Source of the DNA: Escherichia phage Esco_phi_B-01
Sequence record: OP292222.1
DNA length: 64,000 nucleotides
Direction: 5' to 3' (one strand)
In this document: piece by piece, positions 42,858 to 52,806 of the stretch
Numbering within the stretch: the stretch's first letter is position 1
Layout: every line of letters starts with the position of its first letter
Made by a program: the position numbers and the translations under genes
The notes under the pieces: generated by a model
The model's input: the letters and a program-made list of their open reading frames with translations, nothing else
Database searches by the model: none
Told to the model about the DNA's origin: nothing

Positions 42858-42861
42858 AATT

Positions 42862-44241
42862 ATGGCTGATGTAATTGATACCCTTTTTAAACAATCCTTA
42901 GATGTTTACGATGATGCTTTTACTCGTCGTGACTTAAAAAGCATTATCGACAATGAAGCGCTGGCTTACGCAATGTATACTGTCGAAAACCGCGCCATTC
43001 CAAATATGATTGATGGCTTTAAACCCGTACAACGTTTTGTAGTTGCTCGTTGTCTTGATATGGCTCGTGGTAATAAAGAAAAATTCCACAAATTAGCTTC
43101 TATTGCAGGTGGTGTAGCCGACCTTGGATATCACCATGGTGAAGGCTCTGCTCAAGAAGCAGGTGCTCTGATGGCTAACACTTGGAACAACAACTTCCCA
43201 CTGTTGGATGGCCAGGGTAACTTTGGTTCTCGATTGGTTCAAAAAGCAGCGGCATCTCGTTATATTTTTGCACGTATTGGAACTAATTTCGCAAAGGTTT
43301 ATAAGGATACAGAATATGCTCCGGTTCATGCGGATGTCGAACATAAGCCACCAGCTTTTTATCTGCCTATTATTCCTACTGTTCTTCTTAATGGTATTTC
43401 CGGTATTGCAACTGGTTATGCAACTAATATTCTTCCTCATAGTTTTGATTCTGTTAAGAAAGCTGTATTGCAGGTTCTTCAAGAAAAACGCGTAACCAAG
43501 CCTAAGGTGGCTTATCCGGAATTCCGTGGTGATGTGGTTGAGATTGAACCAGGTAGTTATGAACTACGAGGCACGTATAAGTTCACATCTCGAACCCAAA
43601 TGCATATCACAGAAATCCCGTACAAATACGACCGTGAAACGTATGTGGCCAAGGTATTAGACCCTCTAGAAGACAAAGGGTATATCACATATGATGACGA
43701 TTGTGACGAGAATGGTTTCGGCTTCAAGGTTAAGATTCGTAAAGAATATGAATTGCCTACTGAAGAAAATAAGAAGCACGAAAAAATCATGAAGGACTTT
43801 GGGTTAATCGAACGCCGTTCACAAAACCTGACTGTCATTAATGAGAAAGGTAAACTTAAGGTTTACGAAGATGCAGTTGAACTGATTCGTGATTTCGTTG
43901 AGGTCCGTAAGACCTTTGTACAAAAACGTATTGATGGTAAAATCATCGAAACCGAAGAAGCTTTCAAACTGGCATTGGCTAAAGCCACCTTTATCAAAGA
44001 TGTTATTGATGGAATTGTGGTTATCCAAGGTAAGACTCGTAAGGTTTTAACCGAAGAATTGGCTGGTAATAAAGTCTACGGCGAATATGCCGATAAACTC
44101 GTAGCAATGAATATTTTCCATATCACTTCCGATGAAGCTAAGAAACTGGCTTTGGAAGCCAAGGCTAAGAAAGAAGAGCACCAATACTGGAAAACCACTG
44201 ATGTTGTAACTGAGTATGTTAAAGATTTGGAGGCTCTATGA
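42862..44241 (+). CDS. 52: gp52 DNA topoisomerase II medium subunit (GyrA-like)
   Basis: 459 aa; RAIPNMIDGFKPVQR motif typical of the GyrA/ParC N-terminus. Confidence 0.92.
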   Translation: MADVIDTLFKQSLDVYDDAFTRRDLKSIIDNEALAYAMYTVENRAIPNMIDGFKPVQRFVVARCLDMARGNKEKFHKLASIAGGVADLGYHHGEGSAQEAGALMANTWNNNFPLLDGQGNFGSRLVQKAAASRYIFARIGTNFAKVYKDTEYAPVHADVEHKPPAFYLPIIPTVLLNGISGIATGYATNILPHSFDSVKKAVLQVLQEKRVTKPKVAYPEFRGDVVEIEPGSYELRGTYKFTSRTQMHITEIPYKYDRETYVAKVLDPLEDKGYITYDDDCDENGFGFKVKIRKEYELPTEENKKHEKIMKDFGLIERRSQNLTVINEKGKLKVYEDAVELIRDFVEVRKTFVQKRIDGKIIETEEAFKLALAKATFIKDVIDGIVVIQGKTRKVLTEELAGNKVYGEYADKLVAMNIFHITSDEAKKLALEAKAKKEEHQYWKTTDVVTEYVKDLEAL

Positions 44242-44342
44242 GCCTTGGAGTCGAGTTCTTGTTACTCTGTATCTTTGCTGTTATCCTAGGCCTGGCAACA
44301 GGCTTAGCTATAGGTTTAATAGCGGCTCACTTTAAAAAGTAA
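44238..44342 (+). CDS. small membrane peptide (34 aa)
   Basis: ATGA overlap with gene 52 stop; ends at the terminator. Confidence 0.3.
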   Translation: MSLGVEFLLLCIFAVILGLATGLAIGLIAAHFKK

Positions 44343-44365
44343 GGAACCTTCGGGTTCCTTTTTTG
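44342..44365 (+). terminator. intrinsic terminator (aggaacc-ttcg-ggttcct + T5)
   Basis: same hairpin as at 23633. Confidence 0.7.
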
Positions 44366-44383
44366 GGTTTAGTGCAAAAAAGT

Positions 44384-44412
44384 GTTTACATCTGCTTTAA
44401 ACATGATACTAT
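44384..44412 (+). promoter_or_regulatory. T4-type early promoter (GTTTAC - 17 - TGaTACTAT)
   Basis: consensus; the spacer also contains TGCTTTA. Confidence 0.6.
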
Positions 44413-44460
44413 AGACCTATCAAATAAATGAACTGAAACAAACAACCCGGAGATACAAAA

Positions 44461-44688
44461 ATGAAATTTAAAATCGAAAACGAAATCGTTAAAGCTAAAA
44501 ATGCTCTGACTGCTAACAAACTGGTTGTAGATGGTATTGAATATGATATCTGTGGAGTTCGTGAAGAAAAACCCGGTGTTCTGACTTTCTTCACAATGAT
44601 TTTTAAATTTAAAGGTGTCACAGAATTCAAACAGTTTGATTTTGCCCCTGAAGACGAAATCGAAGTTCGTAATCTGAACATTAAGTAA
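44461..44688 (+). CDS. hypothetical protein (75 aa)
   Basis: ORF track; RBS ggaga. Confidence 0.5.
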   Translation: MKFKIENEIVKAKNALTANKLVVDGIEYDICGVREEKPGVLTFFTMIFKFKGVTEFKQFDFAPEDEIEVRNLNIK

Positions 44689-44699
44689 GTACTTTATTA

Positions 44700-44719
44700 G
44701 AGCTCTTGAAAAAGAGCTC
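44700..44719 (+). other. stable hairpin gagctctt-gaaa-aagagctc (GNRA loop) without T run
   Basis: 8-bp perfect stem directly after the upstream stop. Confidence 0.4.
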
Positions 44720-44727
44720 AAAATAAA

Positions 44728-44756
44728 GTTTACTTCTGCTTTAAACATGATACTAT
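44728..44756 (+). promoter_or_regulatory. T4-type early promoter (GTTTAC - 17 - TGaTACTAT) upstream of motA
   Basis: consensus plus conserved leader. Confidence 0.65.
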
Positions 44757-44790
44757 AGACCTATCAAATAAATGGTTATCGGAGATTAAA

Positions 44791-45423
44791 ATGTCTAAAA
44801 TTACTTACATCATCAAAGCTTCTGAAGACGTCCTGAATGAAAAAACGGCTTCTATCTTAGTACATATCATCAAGAACAACTTCATCACTTCAGGCGAAGT
44901 CCGTGAAGCCCTGAGTGAACAATTTAGTGCAGCGGTAGTTAACTCTAACATCGGTGTATTGATTAAGAAAGGATTCATCGAAAAATCTGGTGATGGACTG
45001 GTGGCTACAGGTGAAGCAATGGACCTAGTTCAAAAAGCTGCCGACCTGTTCGCTTCTGAAAATGCTCCAGAGATGTTGGAAAAACGTAAAACTCGCAGTT
45101 CACGTGGTGTTACTCCTGAAATGGTAGTATTGGCTGATGAAGTTAAATCTTTGTTAGAAGACCGTATCGAGATTCGTGAAATCGCTGAAAACCGTAGCAA
45201 TCTTGAAGTTCGATTCGCTAAACGTACCAATGGTATTCGTCAAATCGAAGTCCGTCGTGACGGAATGATGCGTATCTTCGGTTATAATATGACCGATAAA
45301 GAAAAACAAGTGTTTACTTCTTTGAATCTTGATGTTAAGATTAAGACCGGTGGTAAGAATACTTATATCGACTTCCAAAACGTATCATCTGAAGTTATCA
45401 AAACCGTAACCAACGCAATTTAA
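44791..45423 (+). CDS. motA: MotA middle-transcription activator
   Basis: MSKITYIIKASEDVLNEKTASIL...NSNIGVLIKKGFIEKSGDGL matches T4 MotA; 210 aa. Confidence 0.88.
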   Translation: MSKITYIIKASEDVLNEKTASILVHIIKNNFITSGEVREALSEQFSAAVVNSNIGVLIKKGFIEKSGDGLVATGEAMDLVQKAADLFASENAPEMLEKRKTRSSRGVTPEMVVLADEVKSLLEDRIEIREIAENRSNLEVRFAKRTNGIRQIEVRRDGMMRIFGYNMTDKEKQVFTSLNLDVKIKTGGKNTYIDFQNVSSEVIKTVTNAI

Positions 45424-45441
45424 CTGACTGAGGAAATTATT

Positions 45442-45771
45442 ATGAACAAGCTGAATATTGTTAATGAACTTCGTCGTTGTGCAGAACCTACTCAAGAAGG
45501 TTGGGATATTTGGTACCATGGCGCTTATCTTGGAACTATTGTTAAGATTAAAGCGGGTAAATACTTAATCATCCGTGGTGGTTCTGAAGCTTCTATGGGA
45601 ATTCGTAAGAACTTTATGGCAGCCATCAGCACCTTTGTTCCAGCTGCTTATGAAGTCTATAAAGCCGACTACAAAGAATACCAGGAATCACAACCAGTTA
45701 TTCGTTCAATTGGTGTTAATAAAGCTCAACAGAAAACTTTATGGCAACGTATTAAAGGATGGTTCAAATGA
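45442..45771 (+). CDS. hypothetical protein (109 aa)
   Basis: ORF track; RBS tgaggaaatt. Confidence 0.5.
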   Translation: MNKLNIVNELRRCAEPTQEGWDIWYHGAYLGTIVKIKAGKYLIIRGGSEASMGIRKNFMAAISTFVPAAYEVYKADYKEYQESQPVIRSIGVNKAQQKTLWQRIKGWFK

Positions 45772-45923
45772 AAACATTTAAAATTGTCGTAGAATTTTAT
45801 AACGGCGAAGGTGTGGTCCATCTTAAAGCAGCCAACCAATTTGATGCTGTAAGAGTATATTGTCAATGCTTTGAAAGTTCCAAAAAGGCCATAAAAATCA
45901 AAAGCGTTGAGGAAACCAAATGA
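45768..45923 (+). CDS. small hypothetical protein (51 aa)
   Basis: ATGA overlaps at both ends (translational coupling). Confidence 0.4.
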   Translation: MKTFKIVVEFYNGEGVVHLKAANQFDAVRVYCQCFESSKKAIKIKSVEETK

Positions 45924-46384
45924 AACCCTTCAAAGAGCGTCTTGAATTATTAGACCTGGCTTTATCACGTGAGACCCCTGAAAGTCTTGCTGCTAAATTC
46001 CAGTCATATGGATACGCCAACTATACAGAAGAAGATGTTCTAAAAGAAGTTCCTGAAATCTGTTGGCAGATTGCTCATTGGAACAACAATGAAAAATATC
46101 AGCGACGAATTGTGTGTGCAGCCAACCGCTTTAAGTTAAAAGACGGCGGGACTTTGGTTATTCCTGGCGCTCGTCATTATTCAAAAGATATGGCGGAAGT
46201 GCTTGACCAAGTAAGTGATAAACTTGTGTCAGAGCATGTTTGTGGTGATGACCAAGGATTTATCGACCAATATTCAAACTATTGGACTCGCGAAGAAGCA
46301 ATGATTATTGCAACATATGCTAATCAAGTTCGTATTGAACGTGGTGGTAGTGAAAAAGAACTTTACTCTGAGGACCTTTACTAA
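45920..46384 (+). CDS. hypothetical protein (154 aa)
   Basis: ORF track. Confidence 0.5.
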   Translation: MKPFKERLELLDLALSRETPESLAAKFQSYGYANYTEEDVLKEVPEICWQIAHWNNNEKYQRRIVCAANRFKLKDGGTLVIPGARHYSKDMAEVLDQVSDKLVSEHVCGDDQGFIDQYSNYWTREEAMIIATYANQVRIERGGSEKELYSEDLY

Positions 46385-46665
46385 TGAATCTTAAACAACT
46401 CCAGATTGATGCAATCGAAGCCCATATCAACCATATTAAACGTCTGAATGTTATGGTGGAAGACAACTGGGGAACTTATGTCAACCAACCGGCTTGGGAT
46501 GCATTAGACCATGAATATATAAAGAATATTAGCTCCAAGACAATCCATGGGAATATGGAAGGGTTGAAGCCGTTCCTACGTGATATGTATATTGCAACTA
46601 ATAAAGAAATTATCAGTTCTCTTGAATATCAATTAAGGAAATTACGTGAACAATCTGGTAGCTAA
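46384..46665 (+). CDS. hypothetical protein (93 aa)
   Basis: ORF track; TAATG coupling. Confidence 0.5.
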   Translation: MNLKQLQIDAIEAHINHIKRLNVMVEDNWGTYVNQPAWDALDHEYIKNISSKTIHGNMEGLKPFLRDMYIATNKEIISSLEYQLRKLREQSGS

Positions 46666-46754
46666 GCACGATTTCAATAAGGCTTCGGTCCATAAGGACA
46701 AGAAGAAAAATTTTAAAGAGTCCAAGCGTAAGCAGAAACATAAGGGTAAAGGGT

Positions 46755-46919
46755 ATGAGTCATAACTTAGAGAATACCGTAACAGGTATGCGTACGCGTG
46801 AGCAGGAGTGCTTTGAGGAATTCCTAGGAGCTGATTTTAAGTTCCAGGAACCTATTGAAGAAATGTATCAGGAATATGTTGTACGGATGAAAAATCATGT
46901 GTACAACCTAGAAGAATAG
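46755..46919 (+). CDS. small acidic hypothetical protein (54 aa)
   Basis: RBS aagggtaaaggg. Confidence 0.35.
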   Translation: MSHNLENTVTGMRTREQECFEEFLGADFKFQEPIEEMYQEYVVRMKNHVYNLEE

Positions 46920-46977
46920 TGTTACAATATTCTTACTGAATAAATGAATGTCCTATTGAATACTTGAGTAAATTAAA

Positions 46978-47253
46978 ATGACTAAAATTGAAATCGTTTC
47001 CGAAATTGCTACTATTGTTTCCATTTTGATTAAAACGGATTGTGAAGACATCATGCAACGCCGTGATGAGTTTATTGCCTTTTTGAATGAGTTAGGTATT
47101 CGTAATGAACATGGAAAGGAACTTAACGGTCTATCTTTTAATAAACTCTTTAAGTCTTTAACTGAAGATGAACGTGATACTCTTATTGAGCAATTTAACG
47201 AAGGGTATGAAGATATACACCGTTATCTAATGATGTATACCTCCAATTTTTAA
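46978..47253 (+). CDS. asiA: AsiA anti-sigma70 factor
   Basis: IVSILIK...FIAFLNE...LTEDE...LIEQFNEGYE...YLMMYT matches T4 AsiA; 91 aa. Confidence 0.88.
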   Translation: MTKIEIVSEIATIVSILIKTDCEDIMQRRDEFIAFLNELGIRNEHGKELNGLSFNKLFKSLTEDERDTLIEQFNEGYEDIHRYLMMYTSNF

Positions 47254-47903
47254 CGAGTTCGACCTAATGTCCTCCCGGCCTGACCACACATAGACGAAAG
47301 TCTAGGAAATCCTAAATCCGGTTTGGTATCGTACCAATATAATGATATCGAGCCGGCATAGATGTTATCCAAATTAAAAAACGGGCATGAAAACATATAC
47401 GTGAATTGGGTTTTCTTCTTTGTAGGAAGGAACACAGTTTCTGTACTTGATTCAAAATAGTTTCCGTTAACTCCCGCCATATATTCTACTGACGTTTTGT
47501 CAATTGGAAACCCTCCCGTATTTTTTGCGTCTACCGTTTCCGGTAATTTACCCTCATAAGCAACCATATCCACAAAATAATTCATGTTGGTTGGTCTAAA
47601 AGAATATATTGCTGTGAAGTCTGCGCCTGAAGAAGAATGCACTATTCGGAGCTGCTCGATAGCCGCAATTTTAAATCTATTGTCCTGGTCTTGTCTAATC
47701 ATTTCAGTATAAGAGGCATAAGTTGTCTCTTTATAAAAGTTTAGAATATACTCGCCTTTATACCAAACTAATGCCATAAAGAACAATAATATTACGACTA
47801 GGACCCGGGAAAAAACTACTTTCCCGGAAGAAGTATCTTTAAAAATTCTATCAAGAAGTCCAAAAAGTAGGTCTGATAATGAAAATCCTACTTTTGGTTC
47901 CAT
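47250..47903 (-). CDS. t: holin T
   Basis: LSDLLFGLLDRIFKD, single TM, YMFSCPFFNLDNIYAG as in T4 gpt; 217 aa. Confidence 0.9.
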   Translation of the reverse strand: MEPKVGFSLSDLLFGLLDRIFKDTSSGKVVFSRVLVVILLFFMALVWYKGEYILNFYKETTYASYTEMIRQDQDNRFKIAAIEQLRIVHSSSGADFTAIYSFRPTNMNYFVDMVAYEGKLPETVDAKNTGGFPIDKTSVEYMAGVNGNYFESSTETVFLPTKKKTQFTYMFSCPFFNLDNIYAGSISLYWYDTKPDLGFPRLSSMCGQAGRTLGRTR

Positions 47904-47921
47904 ACTTTTCTCCTTTAAAGA

Positions 47922-47929
47922 TATTTATA
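47922..47929 (-). promoter_or_regulatory. T4 late promoter TATAAATA (minus strand) for t
   Basis: plus-strand tatttata; RBS AAGGAG between box and ATG. Confidence 0.55.
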
Positions 47930-47945
47930 ATTTAATACTTTCGTA

Positions 47946-48722
47946 TTATACCCAAGACCCGTAAATAGTACCTGTGGCACCCCATGAAGGACTATTACCA
48001 CTTACAGCAGGCCCTGCAGCTCCAGGTGGAGACATGGATACACTGCGTCCATAACCCCAGCCGCCTGCAGCGCCTGCGTCACCGCCCCAACCGCCACCAA
48101 ACTGTCCGCCGGCATCCCCGGGACCACCGGCCCCAGCATAACTAGCGTTACCGCCAGGTCTATAACTAGTTGCACCACCTAACCCGAATGGTCTGCCACC
48201 GCCACCGCCGCAGGTTGAGCCAGAAGGATAGCTATTTTGCAATGATGTAGCACCGCCACCACCGCCACCACCACAGATAACACCATAGTTCCATATGCGT
48301 AAACGCCCACCAATTTCATTATAAATTGCTGTACCGCCTTGTTGGCCTCCACCGCCATTGGTTGCGCCATTACCACCGCGTCCCCACATATGAACCCCAC
48401 CATGAATATTCAAAGTAACGTATTCGTTAGGGATGTCACTATTCATAAAGAACAATGGAAGGTCTCTAGTATAAGATACTAAATCGCCGGTGATATTAAA
48501 CACAATAGGTGCAGCGCCGGCTTCAAAACAACGGTCTCTAAACCAATACCCGTTGAAGTTGTGGTCCGCCCCAAGTGTGTGAATTATTTCAACAGACCGA
48601 CCTATCATATTACTCATCCAAAATGGAACACCCATTCTCAATCGTTGGGCTGCTCCTGCCATCCAAGGGTCCCCAGTTTGTACCCTTGCAGACCATCCTA
48701 CCCACGGTCCTTCAACTGCCAT
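47946..48722 (-). CDS. 38: gp38 tail fiber adhesin (T2-type, glycine-rich motifs)
   Basis: polyglycine tracts ([20 protein letters not shown]); [11 protein letters not shown] region like T2 gp38; start at the ATG that follows SD GGAGG. Confidence 0.85.
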   Translation of the reverse strand: MAVEGPWVGWSARVQTGDPWMAGAAQRLRMGVPFWMSNMIGRSVEIIHTLGADHNFNGYWFRDRCFEAGAAPIVFNITGDLVSYTRDLPLFFMNSDIPNEYVTLNIHGGVHMWGRGGNGATNGGGGQQGGTAIYNEIGGRLRIWNYGVICGGGGGGGATSLQNSYPSGSTCGGGGGRPFGLGGATSYRPGGNASYAGAGGPGDAGGQFGGGWGGDAGAAGGWGYGRSVSMSPPGAAGPAVSGNSPSWGATGTIYGSWV

Positions 48723-48734
48723 ATAAACCTCCAA

Positions 48735-48748
48735 GGGGCCTAGGCCCC
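48735..48748 (-). other. perfect palindrome ggggcctaggcccc between the gene 37 stop and the gene 38 RBS
   Basis: seen directly. Confidence 0.4.
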
Positions 48749-48753
48749 TCTTA

Positions 48754-51700
48754 TTATTTTAACAATGATTTAACTAAAGCTTTAAGTTCTTCAATCTCTG
48801 ATTTCAATTCTGCTATTTCGGCAGTGTGCTCATTGATTGCAGCTGTATTTAAACCAATTACACCGTTATAGTTCAAACGAAGTAAAGCTTCACCATCAGG
48901 GTCACCTTCAACCAATTCAGGTAAAATAGCTTGAACTTCTTGGGCAATTAAACCAGCATTAGGTTCCCATTTCTGATTACCTTCCTCATCTAGGCCTCGC
49001 TTCTGCATATAAGTGTAACCGTTAATTTTAGAAAGCTTCTGAGAAGCATTTTCAAATTTAACAAGGTCCTTTTTAACACGAATATCAGAGCGGACATAAA
49101 CATCGCGGACAAACGTAGAATAGGCATCACTTTGTTGGACTAAATGCCCATAAGAAATAATAGCTCTTCCTGTTTCGGTCCACAAAGCACCGGTGGTATC
49201 CCAAAGACCTTGATGAATCTGATAACCGGCTGACCATGAAGCAATATGAACACCATTGGCAACCATATTGATTCGGCCATCGCCACCATGAACTAATCCG
49301 GTATCATTATCACCAATAACAAGACATGGTCCGGCCCACACAGGGTCACCGCCGCCAGCTGATAATCTTGCTCCAGTTTTAACCATGTTAGGAACAAACA
49401 GAGTTCCATTGTGGTGGAATTCATATATAGCTTGTGGGTCAGAACCGTTTTCTTGGTTACCTACACGAATAATACCTTGCGCCCATGTATTAGTGATGCG
49501 TCGCATGCCAAAATCAACACCTGATATGTATCCTTCGTTAGTAATACCAGATTTTCCTTTGATAATTGGATAATAACTATCATTACCAACATTACCAAAA
49601 TCAACAAATACCGGTGCTTCTTGCTTCCATTGGTTTCCCCAATCGCCAGCCTGGTGGGATGCCCAGACAGAGCCATTAATAAAAAGACGGTCCCTATTAA
49701 AATTAAAAGTGGCTGAACCTTGTGGGTTTAAAGCAATATCGCCGTCTGCATTAATATTTACGCCTGAATTAGTTTGAAAACTATAAATTGATACAGCATT
49801 ATCGGCACCGCCGTTACCTACATACCAGTTATCAATACCAGCTTTTTGTCCTTTCATATAACCAGATTCGGTTGCAGCACTGTTAATAACAATAGCATCC
49901 GAGTTTGCATTCAGCGTTAAACGCCCGGTCATTGTGTCGCCGCCTTTACCTACACGAGTATTCACCGCTGCGTCAAGGTTAGTAGCACCGCTATACTTGT
50001 TCCAAATAGAACCTGCAATATTACCATCAGTATTCATGAAAGCTGTACCGGCATATAAGCGGTTCTGAGCCATGAAGTTACCTTCTTTGGTAAAGCGCCA
50101 GTATTTTAATCCGGTTGTAACGCCATCGCCCTGCAAATCACCTTGAGCAACAATTCGGTATTCGCTCGTGGTGCGGTCCATACCTTGAGTAATAGTTACA
50201 TTAGAAACTGTATTTTTCTGCTTGGTAATTGGATAGAATGCTTGGGTTGCTGCACCAAGTGTTTGATACAACGGAGCTTTAGTCGTATTCTGGTTGGCAT
50301 AAGATGCACCATTACCAGCAGGGAATTCTAATACGCTGTTAGCAATAAAAGAAACTTGGTCAGCCGCTAAATTAGGGATTTTAACTTGACCGGTGTCTAA
50401 CGTAATACTTAATGGGCGTAATGGGCCTAATCCGCCACTTTCGCCGGCATTAACATTGGTTGGGATAATATGCAGCTGGTCTTCTGAATTTCGGAAAATA
50501 ACACCATATTTATCATTCCAAATACGAAGACCACTAGCAGCGCGGACTTTAATTTCATTGGAAACATACAGATTGCGTTTTAAGGATGTATCTTGACTGA
50601 CAGACAATCCTTCGACGATGTTCATCGTACCGTTTAAATAAGATTCGACTTTACCTGCTGTAGTTCGTTGAATATAGTGCATCCAGCCGGTAGCATCAGA
50701 TGTTTCCAATACGTTTTTACGAGAACCACCTACCGTATTAAAAGTGTCACCCCAACCTTTGAGCTCTATATTATCAACTGAACTATATCCTGTGGTACTT
50801 CCTTTAAAAATCACAGTGGAAGCGTTACCACGACCGTCAATATTAACCGAACCACCACGGACTTCAACGTTACCAGGAGTAACCAACAACCCACCATCAG
50901 TGTTAACGTTTGTTACACCTTTACCACGGAAATAATGGTGGTATTTACCACTCTGATGATAACCTAAAAGAGTCTGTCCATCACCAAAGCCGTTTTTATC
51001 ATTAGTAGTATTAACAATAACTAATGGATAGTTTTGAGCTGTAGGAAGAATTAAATCAGAACCGTTGGTTGAATAACCAGCAACTAACTGTTTAAGGCTT
51101 GTAACTTCAGTCGGAGTTGTAAGTAAAGTATAAGCTCCATTATTAACTGTATGGAACTGGCCGTCTTGTTTCCATTTCAAACCTGTGTTATTGTCACCAA
51201 GAGCAATTGAAGCCGTCCCTAATTCAGAATATCCTTTAGGGCCACCTGGAAGACCTACAGAAATAGAATGACCGGCTTTCAATCCACCGGACCAGGTAAA
51301 CGACCAAAGATAAGTGTCTAAGCCATCTCCGGAATACCAGGCTATTCCGTCATTAACATTAACTTCGTGGAAAATACCTGCTCCTACAGCATTTCGCATA
51401 ACACGGAGGTGGTTAATAGCCGTTTCGCTTTCTGCCAATGGAGTGTTATTTGATAATGAAGATATATCGTAATCGCCGGCGGCTTTACCGTCGGTAATAA
51501 CTTTATTAGTATAAATTATTGGAGATTTTACCGATGTTCCACCAGAAATAGATGGAGCATAAAATAAACCGTCACCGTTGAATGCAAAAATATTAGATGT
51601 TGAATTAGTGTAATCCTGAACACGAACATTTAAGATTTGCTTGGTATCCCCAGCACGGTTTTGAGAATAAATTATGCCTCTTTCACGCGCATCAGCCAAA

Positions 51701-52074
51701 TCCTGGAATCGAACGTGGGTAGTTCCTGCACCCCGTACAAGAACTTCACCGTTATCTGTCATTAGGCGAGATTTTGCTGTGATATCACCATTTGCTGTTA
51801 TACTTCCGGATGTCGTATAACTACCTGTTTGGGTAAAAGCACCCTTCAGGGCATAATCGCCGGTCTGGTTGTAGTTACCGTTATGAATAACGTTTCCGTC
51901 GATATTACCACCTTTAGCAAAGCCAAGGTCGATAATCGCTCCAGTGTCATCTTTGGTAAATAACAAACGGTCTTTTAAGTTAATAGCCAGCTCGCCTTCA
52001 GCCAACTGCGCTGGCGTAGGACGTACACCAGCTACTTTACTTCTTTTAAATTGTATCTGTTTTAAAGTAGCCAT
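48754..52074 (-). CDS. 37: gp37 long tail fiber distal subunit with C-terminal intramolecular-chaperone (peptidase S74-like) domain
   Basis: N-terminus [13 protein letters not shown] as T4 gp37; C-terminus SDIRVKKD...[15 protein letters not shown]...coiled coil. Confidence 0.9.
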   Translation of the reverse strand: MATLKQIQFKRSKVAGVRPTPAQLAEGELAINLKDRLLFTKDDTGAIIDLGFAKGGNIDGNVIHNGNYNQTGDYALKGAFTQTGSYTTSGSITANGDITAKSRLMTDNGEVLVRGAGTTHVRFQDLADARERGIIYSQNRAGDTKQILNVRVQDYTNSTSNIFAFNGDGLFYAPSISGGTSVKSPIIYTNKVITDGKAAGDYDISSLSNNTPLAESETAINHLRVMRNAVGAGIFHEVNVNDGIAWYSGDGLDTYLWSFTWSGGLKAGHSISVGLPGGPKGYSELGTASIALGDNNTGLKWKQDGQFHTVNNGAYTLLTTPTEVTSLKQLVAGYSTNGSDLILPTAQNYPLVIVNTTNDKNGFGDGQTLLGYHQSGKYHHYFRGKGVTNVNTDGGLLVTPGNVEVRGGSVNIDGRGNASTVIFKGSTTGYSSVDNIELKGWGDTFNTVGGSRKNVLETSDATGWMHYIQRTTAGKVESYLNGTMNIVEGLSVSQDTSLKRNLYVSNEIKVRAASGLRIWNDKYGVIFRNSEDQLHIIPTNVNAGESGGLGPLRPLSITLDTGQVKIPNLAADQVSFIANSVLEFPAGNGASYANQNTTKAPLYQTLGAATQAFYPITKQKNTVSNVTITQGMDRTTSEYRIVAQGDLQGDGVTTGLKYWRFTKEGNFMAQNRLYAGTAFMNTDGNIAGSIWNKYSGATNLDAAVNTRVGKGGDTMTGRLTLNANSDAIVINSAATESGYMKGQKAGIDNWYVGNGGADNAVSIYSFQTNSGVNINADGDIALNPQGSATFNFNRDRLFINGSVWASHQAGDWGNQWKQEAPVFVDFGNVGNDSYYPIIKGKSGITNEGYISGVDFGMRRITNTWAQGIIRVGNQENGSDPQAIYEFHHNGTLFVPNMVKTGARLSAGGGDPVWAGPCLVIGDNDTGLVHGGDGRINMVANGVHIASWSAGYQIHQGLWDTTGALWTETGRAIISYGHLVQQSDAYSTFVRDVYVRSDIRVKKDLVKFENASQKLSKINGYTYMQKRGLDEEGNQKWEPNAGLIAQEVQAILPELVEGDPDGEALLRLNYNGVIGLNTAAINEHTAEIAELKSEIEELKALVKSLLK

Positions 52075-52082
52075 AATGCCTC

Positions 52083-52730
52083 TTAATAATAACCAAAATC
52101 TTGAATAGAATCTTTTTGAACAATCTGGTCAAAGCGAGGAACGTGTCCTGCACCAGAGGCCGGATTCCGTGAAATAAAGTTAGGAGCCGCTAGCACTCCA
52201 TCCATTATTTGCATGTCAGTATTATTTATTTGGACCTGTTTTGCGTTATCTACTAATGACAATCCAACTTGGGCTTTAGTAGGGGTGTTGCCTGGGCTGA
52301 ATACGCGGCCTGATTCATCATAAACTTGACGGAATAACGAATCACCCATTACAGTAAGACGTTTAGCACCAACTGTTGTATTTGGGTCAAATATCATAAA
52401 CGGAGTACCATCTTCCGTTTCATATCCAAAAGCACCTTTAATACGGAAAGAAGCTGTGAACGGGGCTCCGCCGGTTCTTGCTCCTAATTTAATACCATAT
52501 CCATTAGTATCATTAAAGGTCAAACCTTTTTCAAAATACACGTTGTTCTGATAATTACCACCGTTAGCTTTTGAAACGAAATCGTTATCAACTGCTTGAG
52601 GTTTATTATACTCGGTGTAAACTTTATATGTTTTGTAAAGAAGGTCGTTTGATACAGGCGTTAAAGGAAAATTACCTTGGTGCCATAATACCGAACCTCC
52701 TGCTGTAGAACCTAATTTTAAATCTGCCAT
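52083..52730 (-). CDS. 36: gp36 long tail fiber connector
   Basis: MADLKLGSTAGGSVLWHQGNFPL matches T4 gp36 N-terminus. Confidence 0.88.
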   Translation of the reverse strand: MADLKLGSTAGGSVLWHQGNFPLTPVSNDLLYKTYKVYTEYNKPQAVDNDFVSKANGGNYQNNVYFEKGLTFNDTNGYGIKLGARTGGAPFTASFRIKGAFGYETEDGTPFMIFDPNTTVGAKRLTVMGDSLFRQVYDESGRVFSPGNTPTKAQVGLSLVDNAKQVQINNTDMQIMDGVLAAPNFISRNPASGAGHVPRFDQIVQKDSIQDFGYY

Positions 52731-52784
52731 TTGAGTTTCCTTTGGGAGTTATAGCCTTTTATATATTTATGGCTGTAGAAAATG

Positions 52785-52806
52785 AAAAAGGAACCCGAAG
52801 GTTCCT
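52785..52806 (-). terminator. intrinsic terminator on the minus strand between genes 35 and 36
   Basis: minus strand reads aggaacc-ttcg-ggttcct + TTTTT. Confidence 0.6.

Noticed and set aside
42180-42860. The repeated ~300-bp units as tRNA or other small RNA genes
   Set aside because: No cloverleaf-compatible acceptor/anticodon arrangement was evident, whereas the units contain ORFs with ribosome binding sites and an Stp-like peptide; interpreted as protein-coding cassettes.
44700-44719. Hairpin after ORF 44461-44688 as a transcription terminator
   Set aside because: Stable 8-bp stem with GNRA loop but no following T run on either strand; kept only as a structural element of unknown role.
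46666-46755. Possible GTG-initiated highly basic peptide overlapping the end of ORF 46384-46665
   Set aside because: No ATG and no conservation evidence; too speculative to annotate.
48020-48330. Repetitive GGTGG/GCCACC tracts that look like a low-complexity or spacer-repeat array
   Set aside because: They are the glycine codon runs of the gp38 adhesin glycine-rich motifs (minus-strand coding), not a CRISPR or non-coding repeat.
52755-52775. Possible late promoter for gene 36 (minus strand reads CATAAATATATAA)
   Set aside because: One mismatch to the strict TATAAATA box; genes 36-38 may instead be expressed from the gene 34 promoter despite the intervening terminator, so it is not listed as a feature.
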